Assembly: GCA_963823555.1 (NCBI GenBank)
Contig: CAWGMA010000001.1
Location: 1,312,001-1,376,000 of the forward strand
DNA length: 64,000 nt
Direction of reading: 5' to 3'
Source: Candidatus Eiseniibacteriota bacterium
GTDB taxonomy: Bacteria > Eisenbacteria > RBG-16-71-46 > CAVPCR01
A model generated the notes under the pieces. The model was not told the DNA's origin. It ran no database searches and worked only from the letters and a program-made list of their open reading frames with translations. Every line of letters starts with the position of its first letter. Position 1 is the stretch's first letter. Shown one piece after another: positions 1 to 8,700 of the stretch. The translations under genes were made by a program, and so were the position numbers.

Positions 1-1
1 G

Positions 2-1516
2 CTCGATTCGCACGCGGCGCGCGAATCGATGCCCGATGTCCGGTTGCCGCGGGTGCACATCGCCTATCCCGAGGACTTCGATTCCCAGGTCGGGGAGGCG
101 ATCACCCGCTTCGAGTCCGTCTTCGGTCGACGGCCGGAGGGGATGTGGCCTTCCGAGGGGTCGGTCTCCGACGCGGCGGTGCGCCGGCTGCTCGGCCGCG
201 GGCTCAGCTGGGTCGCCTCCGACGAGGAGATTCTCCATCGCTCCGAGCTCGATGGACTCGCTGCCGATCCGCGGTATGCGTATCTCCTCGGCGATGGGAA
301 CGGCCAGGATCTGGCGCTGGTCTTCCGGCACAAGCGGCTCTCGGATCTCATCGGTTTCAGCTACATGAACTGGGATCCCAAGGAGGCGGCGCGCGACTTC
401 GCCGAGCAAGTGGTCCGGGCGGCCGGGGAGCCGAACGGCGACGTGCCGCTCGTCCCCGTCATCCTCGATGGCGAGAACTGCTGGGAGTACTACCCGGAGG
501 ATGGGCTCTTCTTCCTCCGTGAGCTGTACGCGCTCCTCGATCGCCATCCGGTCATCGAGACGGTGACCGTATCCGATTACATCACCCGTTATCCGCCGCG
601 GCGTCGCATCCAGCGCCTGTTCGCGGGGTCGTGGATCAATCACAATTTCTCGATTTGGATCGGCCACCCGGAGGACAACGCCGCCTGGGATCTCCTGGCT
701 CGCACGCGGGCGGCGGTCGTGGCAGCCGCCGCCGGGCGCATGCCGGGCGATCCCGGGATCGCAGCTGCGTTCCGCCATGTGGCGATCGCCGAGGGTTCGG
801 ACTGGTTCTGGTGGTACGGGGACGATCACTGGTGCGCCCATATCGAGGTCTTCGATCAGCTATTTCGGGCCCACCTGACTGCGGCGCACGAGGCAGCGGG
901 ACTCGTGCCGCCACCCGAGCTGCGCGGACAGATCAAGGGGCGCTTCGGCCGACCTCGTCTCGATCAGCAAGTTCCGGTGCGTTTCATCACGCCCACCATC
1001 GATGGCCGGGTGACCCACTTCTACGAGTGGAAGCTGGCGGGGAAGGTGGAGGCGGCCCAGGGTGGAGGGGCGATGCACCAGGTCGACGGCCACCTGCGCG
1101 CGCTCCACTATGGCTTCGACCTGGAGCACCTTTTCGTCCGCGTGGACGGGAATTCGCGCTTTGTGTCCAACTCCAACCATGGTGAGATCCTGGTGATCGA
1201 GGTCACCCAGCCGCACCGGGTGCGGCTGGAAATCCCGGTCGAGCCGCGGGACGGGCGGCCCCGACCCGCGCGGCTCTGGCGCTTTGTCGATGGCACGTTC
1301 CAGGAGGAACCCTCGCGAGCCGTGTGCGCCGTCGATCAGGTGATCGAGGTGAGCCTGCCCTTCGCCGAGCTCATGGTGGGCGATGGTGACCTGATCGAGA
1401 TGGCCGTGCTCCGAGTGACCAACGGGCGTACCGTGGAGGCGCTACCGGCGCGATCGCCGGTCGTGTTCCAGGCACCGGGCGCGGATTTCGAGGCGATGAT
1501 GTGGTCGGCCTCATGA
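2..1516 (+). CDS. Glycoside hydrolase family 57 (amylopullulanase/alpha-amylase-like), 5'-truncated by window edge
   Basis: GH57 motifs GMWPSEGSVS, ILDGENCWEYY, GSWINHNFSIWIGH, AEGSDWFWW; frame open to window start. Confidence 0.9.
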   Translation, partial: LDSHAARESMPDVRLPRVHIAYPEDFDSQVGEAITRFESVFGRRPEGMWPSEGSVSDAAVRRLLGRGLSWVASDEEILHRSELDGLAADPRYAYLLGDGNGQDLALVFRHKRLSDLIGFSYMNWDPKEAARDFAEQVVRAAGEPNGDVPLVPVILDGENCWEYYPEDGLFFLRELYALLDRHPVIETVTVSDYITRYPPRRRIQRLFAGSWINHNFSIWIGHPEDNAAWDLLARTRAAVVAAAAGRMPGDPGIAAAFRHVAIAEGSDWFWWYGDDHWCAHIEVFDQLFRAHLTAAHEAAGLVPPPELRGQIKGRFGRPRLDQQVPVRFITPTIDGRVTHFYEWKLAGKVEAAQGGGAMHQVDGHLRALHYGFDLEHLFVRVDGNSRFVSNSNHGEILVIEVTQPHRVRLEIPVEPRDGRPRPARLWRFVDGTFQEEPSRAVCAVDQVIEVSLPFAELMVGDGDLIEMAVLRVTNGRTVEALPARSPVVFQAPGADFEAMMWSAS

Positions 1517-1541
1517 TGAGGCCGAGGGGAGGGCCGGCCCC

Positions 1542-1928
1542 GTGAACGACGAGATGAAGAGGCCCCTGGATCCGAATGCGTACCCGGATGAGACCGACCA
1601 GGGCCGGGTCCTCGCCGCCCTGTCCTATGTACCGTTTCTCTGCTTCTTGCCCTACTTCCTCGCCCCCGGTGACGAATTCGCTCGCCACCACGCCCGCCAG
1701 GGCTTCCTCCTGCTTGTTCTCCTGATCGTGCTCGGGGTCGCGCTGCGCGTGATCGAATGGGCCCTGGCAGGATTGCCCGTGCTCGGCATCATTGTCATCA
1801 CGCTGGCCCGATTGAGTTTTGGTCTGACCCTCCTCGGCCTGGCCGTGGTCGGGGCGCTCAAAGCCCTGGTCGGCGAGCGGTTCACGCTGCCAGGGCTCGA
1901 TCGCATCTCGAACCGCGTGCCGCTTTGA
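1542..1928 (+). CDS. DUF4870-like small membrane protein
   Basis: LAALSY...FARHHARQG pattern plus 3 hydrophobic helices; GGAGG upstream of GTG. Confidence 0.7.
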   Translation: MNDEMKRPLDPNAYPDETDQGRVLAALSYVPFLCFLPYFLAPGDEFARHHARQGFLLLVLLIVLGVALRVIEWALAGLPVLGIIVITLARLSFGLTLLGLAVVGALKALVGERFTLPGLDRISNRVPL

Positions 1929-2191
1929 AGTGCTGGAAGAAGCGCCGACCTTGCGCCCCTTGCTCACGTGCGTCAACGCGCGACCGTTTCCGCTGAAACA
2001 TCCGTCGTTCGTGCTTCAGGGGCTGACCCGGACGACCGGGGTTCCCGTGATCGGAACCGACCCGGCATCCGGGCCGGGGTGCTCGCTTTTGCCCTTGTGC
2101 CTCCTTTCGACCATGCCATATTGAAGACGCCCCGGTCCCGGCGCCCATGAGAATCGGCTCGTGGCGTAACCCCCGGCGGCTAGAACCCCCC

Positions 2192-3337
2192 ATGACTCAC
2201 TCGACCTCGACCACCGCTCGAAAGAACTGGATTGTCGTAGCTGAGACCCTTGGCCCGCGCTTCATGGCGCGCGCCGCGGCGAGCGACGCCACCGATGCCT
2301 TTGTCGCCGACAACTACGCGGACCTGCGCTCCGAGCGCGTCATGTCGGCCGGAGTTCCCGCCGCGCTTGGTGGGGGAGACGCCTCGCACGCCGAGCTGTG
2401 CGGGATGTTGCGCGTGCTCGGCCGGCATTGCGGCTCGACGGCGCTGGCACTGTCCATGCACATGCATCAGGTGGCGTTCACCACCTGGCGCTGGCGGAAA
2501 GGGCAGGCCCAGGTCGAGCCGCTCTTGAAGCGCATCGCCGCCGAGGAACTCGTGATCGCCACCAGCGGCGGCTCGGACTGGATCGCCGGTTCGGGCCGCG
2601 CCGAGAGAGTCGAGGGTGGCTATCGCGTGAGCGGACGCAAGGTCTTCACGAGCGGCGTCCCCGCGGCCGGCATCTTCAATACCTGCGCCATCGTCGAGGA
2701 GAGCGGCGCTGGTCCCAGCGTCCTCCATTTTTCTCTGCCGCTCGATCACGAAGGCGTCAAGATCCTGGATACCTGGCATACGCTCGGCATGCGCGGCACG
2801 GGTTCACAGGACCTCATCCTCGAAAACGTCTTCGTGCCGGAGACGGCGATCGGCCTCCGCCGCGAGCCCGGGAAGTGGAACGCCATGTTCCACGTCCTTT
2901 CCGTGCTTGCTCTCCCGCTCATCTACTCCGTCTATGTCGGACTGGCCGAGGGGGCGCGGGATATCGCCGTCGCCGCGGCCAAGAAGAGAGGCAAGGGAAG
3001 TAGTGACCCGCACCTTCCTCTTCTGGTGGGGGAGATGGAGAACGAGCTCGCCCAGGCCCAGCTCGCCCTGGCGAGCATGATCGACCTCGCGGCGAACGCG
3101 GAGCCCGGTCCGGAGACGACCAACGCCGCTGTCATCCGGCGCACCCTGGCCGGAATGGCCGCCATCCATACCGTCGAGAAGGCGATGGAGGTGGCCGGTG
3201 GCGCTGCGTTCTACCGCGAGCTTGGTCTCGAACGCATGTTCCGCGACGTGCAGGCGGCCCGTTATCATCCGCTGCAGGAGAAGGTGCAGCTCCGCCTGAC
3301 GGGTCGGTTTGCGCTCGGCCTCGACATCGACGGCTGA
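2192..3337 (+). CDS. Acyl-CoA dehydrogenase family flavoprotein
   Basis: VSGRKVFTSG, WHTLGMRGTGS, GGAAFY...LERMFRDVQAA motifs; start chosen at second Met (2192). Confidence 0.85.
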   Translation: MTHSTSTTARKNWIVVAETLGPRFMARAAASDATDAFVADNYADLRSERVMSAGVPAALGGGDASHAELCGMLRVLGRHCGSTALALSMHMHQVAFTTWRWRKGQAQVEPLLKRIAAEELVIATSGGSDWIAGSGRAERVEGGYRVSGRKVFTSGVPAAGIFNTCAIVEESGAGPSVLHFSLPLDHEGVKILDTWHTLGMRGTGSQDLILENVFVPETAIGLRREPGKWNAMFHVLSVLALPLIYSVYVGLAEGARDIAVAAAKKRGKGSSDPHLPLLVGEMENELAQAQLALASMIDLAANAEPGPETTNAAVIRRTLAGMAAIHTVEKAMEVAGGAAFYRELGLERMFRDVQAARYHPLQEKVQLRLTGRFALGLDIDG

Positions 3338-3354
3338 GGGCCCTCCTTTCGGGC

Positions 3355-3383
3355 TTGTAATGCTTGCGTAGTACAATTATTGT
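3355..3383 (+). promoter_or_regulatory. Sigma70-type promoter (TTGTAA-N17-TATTGT) with MarR-like operator TTGCG-N3-TACAA in the spacer
   Basis: AT-rich island in GC-rich DNA; exact 17-nt spacing; imperfect palindrome centred on 3370; ATG 8 nt after the -10. Confidence 0.6.
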
Positions 3384-3391
3384 TTGGCCCC

Positions 3392-3934
3392 ATGAGCTCG
3401 GCCCGCTCCAGCCCGGATCGCCCCGGCGATGAACTCACCCGCGCCTTCCGCCGCCTGGTGCGTGCGGTGAGCCAGCTCGAGGGCGAGGCCATGGCCGCCG
3501 CCGGGCTGCCGCGTGCGCAGGCGCATGGGCTCCTGGCCGTGGCCGCCATGGGGCGTCCGGCGATGACCATGGTCGCGAGGGAGCTGAGCCTGGCGCCGAG
3601 CACGGTGACCCGCCTCTTGGATCCGCTGGTCCGCCGCGGGTTGCTGAAGCGGGAAGCTTCCTCCGATGATCGGCGGATCGTGGTCGTGGCCTTGACCGCC
3701 GCCGGCAGGCACGCCGTGGAGCGGCTCGAGTCGGAGCTGGATCTGGCCTACGCCAGGCTCACCGCCGGCGCCGGCCCCGGGAGTCGCAAGCGCTTCCTCG
3801 CCGCGGCTCGCGAGCTGGCCGGAGCCATCGAACAAGTTCGGGTCGAGGCAGATCCAGGAGCGTCAAGGAGCCGCCAGGCGGGAAAGCGGGCGGCGCCCCG
3901 AGGACCGCGCCGGGCGGCGCCGCGAGCCCGGTAG
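3392..3934 (+). CDS. MarR family transcriptional regulator
   Basis: wHTH VARELSLAPSTVTRLLDPLVRRGLL and wing motif DDRR..VVALTAAG. Confidence 0.9.
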   Translation: MSSARSSPDRPGDELTRAFRRLVRAVSQLEGEAMAAAGLPRAQAHGLLAVAAMGRPAMTMVARELSLAPSTVTRLLDPLVRRGLLKREASSDDRRIVVVALTAAGRHAVERLESELDLAYARLTAGAGPGSRKRFLAAARELAGAIEQVRVEADPGASRSRQAGKRAAPRGPRRAAPRAR

Positions 3935-3946
3935 GCTGCGCGGCGT

Positions 3947-3974
3947 ATGGCGCATAATATATCTTATGTCAAGT
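3947..3974 (+). other. dif: dif-like XerC/XerD recombination site (probable chromosome terminus)
   Basis: ATGGCGCATAA-TATATC-TTATGTCAAGT versus E. coli dif GGTGCGCATAA-TGTATA-TTATGTTAAAT; 11-6-11 layout; intergenic; gene orientation converges on it. Confidence 0.85.
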
Positions 3975-4128
3975 TATGCGTCTGCACGCTGGCCGGGCTG
4001 AAGGACGCGAAAGGCGGGGTGTGGTCCGCAACGCGCTGGCCCTCGATAGGCTGCTTGCGTAACGGTTGCATGGCTGACGCGGCTGCCGGTTCCCAGAGGG
4101 CGACACGGCGGGGATGCGGTGTGCGCGC

Positions 4129-4767
4129 TCAGAACTGCGCCTTGATCGAACCCCATGTTGCGTTGTCGAGCGGGGGGCCGCCCTGGCAGGCATCGACCCC
4201 GCCCTGACCGATGCAGATGCGGCCAAGGCGTTGGTCCTCCCCTGTCTCGATCAAGTCGATTCCTTGCTGGCAGTCGAGAACGTGCGTCGCGAACGGATAG
4301 GAGGACTGGACCTGGCGCAGGCAGCCGCCCGAGGCGGTGAAGAACATGCGGCCGACGACGGCGAGCTGTGGCCCATAGAGGAAGTTGAACGCGGTCGTGA
4401 TCGAGCCGGCCGTCGCTCCAAGGGGTGCCGCCGGGGACACGGCGGAGAGCTGGCCGGGCTGGCAATCCCAGAGCCCGAAGGTGAAGGCCCAGCCGGGATC
4501 GGTCTCGAAGGCGGTCTGAAGGCCCGCAATGCACGAGAAGTTGTGGACGAGCAGGAAGACGGTGGTCGCGCCGGGGGGCACGCTCACGGTTGGAAGGACC
4601 GTGCCGCAGTCGACAGGGAGGTACCCGAGGCAAGCTTCGAAACTCGATGTGGCGCCGTGAAGAGGCAGTGAGACATAGGGGTTCTGGCCGCCAACGGCGC
4701 CAGCGGCGCTGCCCAACCCAGCGAGGACGAGTGCCGCTACAGCTAAGGCCTTGGCCGGAGAGCGCAT
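4129..4767 (-). CDS. Secreted Cys-rich hypothetical protein with C-terminal TWGSIKAQF tail (paralogue 2)
   Basis: Signal peptide, AAGGAG RBS, 8 Cys aligned with neighbour 4945-5565. Confidence 0.85.
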   Translation of the reverse strand: MRSPAKALAVAALVLAGLGSAAGAVGGQNPYVSLPLHGATSSFEACLGYLPVDCGTVLPTVSVPPGATTVFLLVHNFSCIAGLQTAFETDPGWAFTFGLWDCQPGQLSAVSPAAPLGATAGSITTAFNFLYGPQLAVVGRMFFTASGGCLRQVQSSYPFATHVLDCQQGIDLIETGEDQRLGRICIGQGGVDACQGGPPLDNATWGSIKAQF

Positions 4768-4865
4768 CGGCTTTCTCCTTGGCGTGCTGCTTCAGGTTGG
4801 GAGACGGACACCGGGCAGTCTAGCACGATTCCCGGGACTGGCCCGGCGCCAGGGGACGTGGATGG

Positions 4866-4905
4866 AAAGGAAAACGCGGGCGGCTCAATTCCAGAGCCGC
4901 CCGCG
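4866..4905 (-). terminator. Rho-independent terminator after paralogue 1
   Basis: Perfect 12-bp stem CGCGGGCGGCTC/GAGCCGCCCGCG, 7-nt loop, followed on - strand by TTTTCCTTT. Confidence 0.75.
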
Positions 4906-4944
4906 CTTACAACCTGAAGGCCGGGCAGTGAAGTATCAGGAAGG

Positions 4945-5565
4945 CTAGAAGGACGCCTTGATCTGGCCCCAGGTGGAGGATTCGACCGCGGATACCGGAT
5001 CGCAAGCATCGACGCCGCCTGGCCCCACGCAGACCTTGCCGACTCGTCCCTGCTCCTGATCGGTGATCTGATCGATGCCGCCCTCACAGTCGAGGACGTG
5101 AATTCCGAAAGGATAGGTCGATTGAACCTGACTGATGCAGCCCGTGGAGGCGGTCAAGAAGATCCGGCCGGCCACGGCCAGCGCCGGTCCGTTCAGAAAA
5201 TTGAAGGCGGTCGTGATCGAACCGGCGGTCGGCCCGAGGGGCGCGGCCGGAGTCACGGCGGAGAGCTGGCCGGGCTGGCAATCCCAGAGGCCGAAACCGA
5301 AGGTCCAGCCTTCGACCTCGAAGGCGGTCTGCACGCCGGCGATGCAGTTGTAGTTCATCATCAAGAGGAAGATGGCCGCAGGGCCGGCTGCGATTTCAAC
5401 CGTCGGTCGCGTGCTGGTGCAATCCACTGGCTGGTAGCCAGTGCAGGCCTCGAAGCCGGACGCCTTGACGTGCAGCGGCAGCGTGACCTGGGGATTCTGC
5501 CCGGCAAGCGCGGCCGTGCTCGCGGCGAGGACGAGGATGGTCAAGAAGACTGTCACAATACGCAT
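4945..5565 (-). CDS. Secreted Cys-rich hypothetical protein with C-terminal TWGQIKASF tail (paralogue 1)
   Basis: Signal peptide MRIVTVFLTILVLAASTAALA, AAGGAGG RBS, shares a 36-nt identical block (5254-5289 = 4438-4473) with neighbour. Confidence 0.85.
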   Translation of the reverse strand: MRIVTVFLTILVLAASTAALAGQNPQVTLPLHVKASGFEACTGYQPVDCTSTRPTVEIAAGPAAIFLLMMNYNCIAGVQTAFEVEGWTFGFGLWDCQPGQLSAVTPAAPLGPTAGSITTAFNFLNGPALAVAGRIFLTASTGCISQVQSTYPFGIHVLDCEGGIDQITDQEQGRVGKVCVGPGGVDACDPVSAVESSTWGQIKASF

Positions 5566-5788
5566 CGCGAACGTTCCTCCTTAGCTAGGGGCTCCTGCGT
5601 CCATGGAATCCCGGGGGGGCGACACCCGGCCTGGGGTTCTCTACAACCGACTCCTCGACCCGCGCCGCAGATCCCTGCGGAAGGTCTGCGCGGAATCACT
5701 TCCGCTCACCGGACGCCAAAACGCCCAACGGAATGCTAGTCGCAGATTTGCGGCGGGTCAACCCCCCACTGCCGGCTTCTTCCCTGGC

Positions 5789-8700
5789 CTACTTGAGGAG
5801 GACCATCTTCCCGGTCAGGAACTGGTCGCCGATCTCCAGGGCTACGAAGTAGGTCCCGCTCGCCGCGCGGCCGCCGCGATCCGAGCGCCCATCCCACCGT
5901 AGCGCCTGCTCGCCTGTGCCCATCGATCCTTCGGCCAGCGTGCGCACGACGCGTCCCGCGGCATCGAGCACGCGAAGTCGCACCGGGCGCGCACCTCCCG
6001 ACTCCCCCGGTATCACGAAGCGGATCGTGGTCTCGGGGTTGAAGGGGTTGGGGGCTGCCGGGTAGAGGATCGGTGACGAGACGCCCTGGGCTGCGGACTC
6101 CTCCCCCACTCCGATCGACAGGATCGGAGTGCCAAGGGCGCCCGTGTTTCGCACGTCGTGCCGGAAGAAGGGCCAGGCCAGGCGATCGCCATGCACCTCG
6201 CCGGGGAGATCCCAGACGTAGACATTGCGATCATAGGAGGCGGCTACCAGCTCGAGGCGGCCATCCCGGTCCAGATCCCAGACCGCCGTACCCGCCCGTA
6301 GCTCCCCCTGTACCGCGATGGGAAAGCCCTCGAGGTCGCTCCCGTCATGGTTCCAGGCGTAGATGAGCCCATCCTCGGCGCCCAGCAGGATCTCGAGCCG
6401 CCCATCTCCATCCACGTCGACCACGGCGGGTGTGGCCTGGGTCGCGTCCTGGTTCAGGGCGTCCTGGGCGAAGAGCGCGGTCGTGAAGCCCGGGAGCGGT
6501 TGTCCGTACCGCGTCCAGGCATGGAGCTGGCCGTCGTTGGCCGCGAACAGGATATCCAGCTGGCCGTCGCCGTCGAGATCGGCAGGAACGGGAGAACTGG
6601 CATGTCCGTATGCCGAGTTGACGATGGCCGGCCGGGGCCAGCCGGGGAATGAAGCGCCCGTGCCGCGCAGGACGAACACCGAGTCGGATTCGCTGGCCAC
6701 GAGGATCTCGTTCCGGCCGTCACCGTCGAGATCAGCGAACGTGGGTGAGGAGGTGACCGCCCCGCGGGTCACGACCGGCCATCCGGGGAGCACCTGGCCC
6801 GTGCGGCGGAGGGCATGGACCTTGCCATCCATGCTCTGCGTGCCGACCACGATCTCGGGATAGGGATCGGCGTCGATGTTGGCGATTCCCGGCGACGAGT
6901 AGAGATAGGCGCTGCCGGTGACGAGCAGGACGCCCTGCGTTGCGGGATTCTGGTCCCCATCGGCGACTTCGCTGCCGTCGTGGTGCCAGGCGAAGATCTT
7001 GCCCTGGTATCCGGAAGCCACGACGATCTCCATGTCGCCATCGAGATCGAGATCCCCGATGGCGGGAGAAGCCCAGTTGTAATCGCCACCGATCGCCTGC
7101 GGCCATCCCGGCTCGCGGCTCCCGTCAGCGTTCCACACGTACACCCGGGCATCGGTCCAGCCCACAGCGATGATCTCGAGATCGCCATCCCCGGTCAGAT
7201 CCGCGATGGCGGGAGTGGCATGGAAGCCGAAATCGGGGCTCTGGCCATCGGTGGTGAAGACCCCGCTCGTGTTGGGCTGGCCGTCTCCATCGCGTACTTC
7301 CCTGCCGTCGTGATGCCAGGCATAGATCGCGTCGGCTCCGGTCACGAGCTCGAGGTCGCCGTCGCCGTCGAGGTCGTCGATGACCACGCCGGCCGAGGTC
7401 TCCTGTCCCATCTCGATGGGCCAACCAGGAGTCAGCGGCGGGGTCGTGGTCGCCGACACGATGGCTGATGGCACGCTCGCGTTGAACGAGGAATCGCGGG
7501 CGACCACGGCGTAATAGTAGCGCGTGAACGGAGGCAGCCCGGCATCCTCGTAAGTGGCCGAGCCCTCGGCGAGGTTGGCGTTGATGCGGGCGAATGGCCC
7601 TGCAGCTGTGGCTGCCCGCAACACATCGTAGCCGCGAATGTCGCTCGTACCGTCCGGAGTCGACCAGGTGAGGGTGATGTGCGACTCGGTGCCGTGGCCG
7701 AGGAGGTTCGTGACCGGGGGGGGTGGCTCGAGGTCGGCGAGTGCTACCGCAAGAACCCCGTAAGCATCACGCCACGTGAGCTCGAGGAGGACGCTCGCCG
7801 GCTGGACCGCGCTGCCGAGCGTGAAGACGAGCGGATCTCCGGTCATCGTCGCTCCGCTGACCATGTCTCCGAAGTCGGCAAGGCCGTCGGGAATGGCCAC
7901 ACCAGGATGCGGAGTGCGGGTCACGCGATCGAGAACACGTAGCGTGGCACGCACGTCGTCGCTGCGCCCGGGGCCGCGATTGTGCGCTGCGATCGTGTAG
8001 CGAATGGTCTCCCCCGCTTCGGGCATCCCGTTGCCGTTGCCAGCGGGCGGAGCATCGGCGAGTACGTGCGAGTCGTGGAGCACGTTGCCGCGACGGATGG
8101 GCAGGACGAAGGTGTCGGTGAATCCGCCCTGAGCGCTCGTGATGGTGACCTGAAAGACCGGCGCGTAGGCTTCGGGAGCCGTGGGCAAGATACGGGCGAC
8201 GAAGCGTCCGGTGCCGAAGGACTGGGCCTGGGCGGCGATGGTGCCATAGCTCACGGTGGCGCCGGTGATCTCGATCTGGCTCGGGTTCCCGAGGACCGAC
8301 AGTGTGCCGCTGATCCCGGTCGCGGTCGCCGTTCCCGAGTTCTTGAGCATGACGCGGAGTTCGAGCGTCTCCCCCGCCTCGGGCGAGCCGTTGCCGTTGC
8401 CGCTGGAGGGTGGAGTGACATCATCATCGACCGTGGTCTGGACGAGATGCAGGAAGGATCCCGCGGCGGGAGTGACCTGGGCGGTGGCCCGGTAGGGCGC
8501 GGCGTCGGGCCGGGTCACGGTCACCGTGAAGGTACCCGGGGTCGACGGATTGAGGGAGAACGTGGCGGTGCCGTTGCCGGCGGTCGTGCCCAGGGCATAG
8601 GGATCTCCCGCCTTGACCACGGCCACCCTGGCCTCAGCGAGCGGTGCGCCGCCCGCATGGGCCGTCACGGCGAACGCCCCTGTTCCGAGGGCGAGCGTCG

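Noticed and set aside
3951..3980. CGCATAA...GTTATGCG inverted repeat resembling an integron attC core
   Set aside because: Too short for attC, no integrase or cassette array, and fully explained by overlap with the dif site
6200..7420. Recurring GCCGTCGCCGTCGAG-like DNA repeats
   Set aside because: They encode the FG-GAP/DxDGDG protein repeats; not CRISPR or mobile repeats
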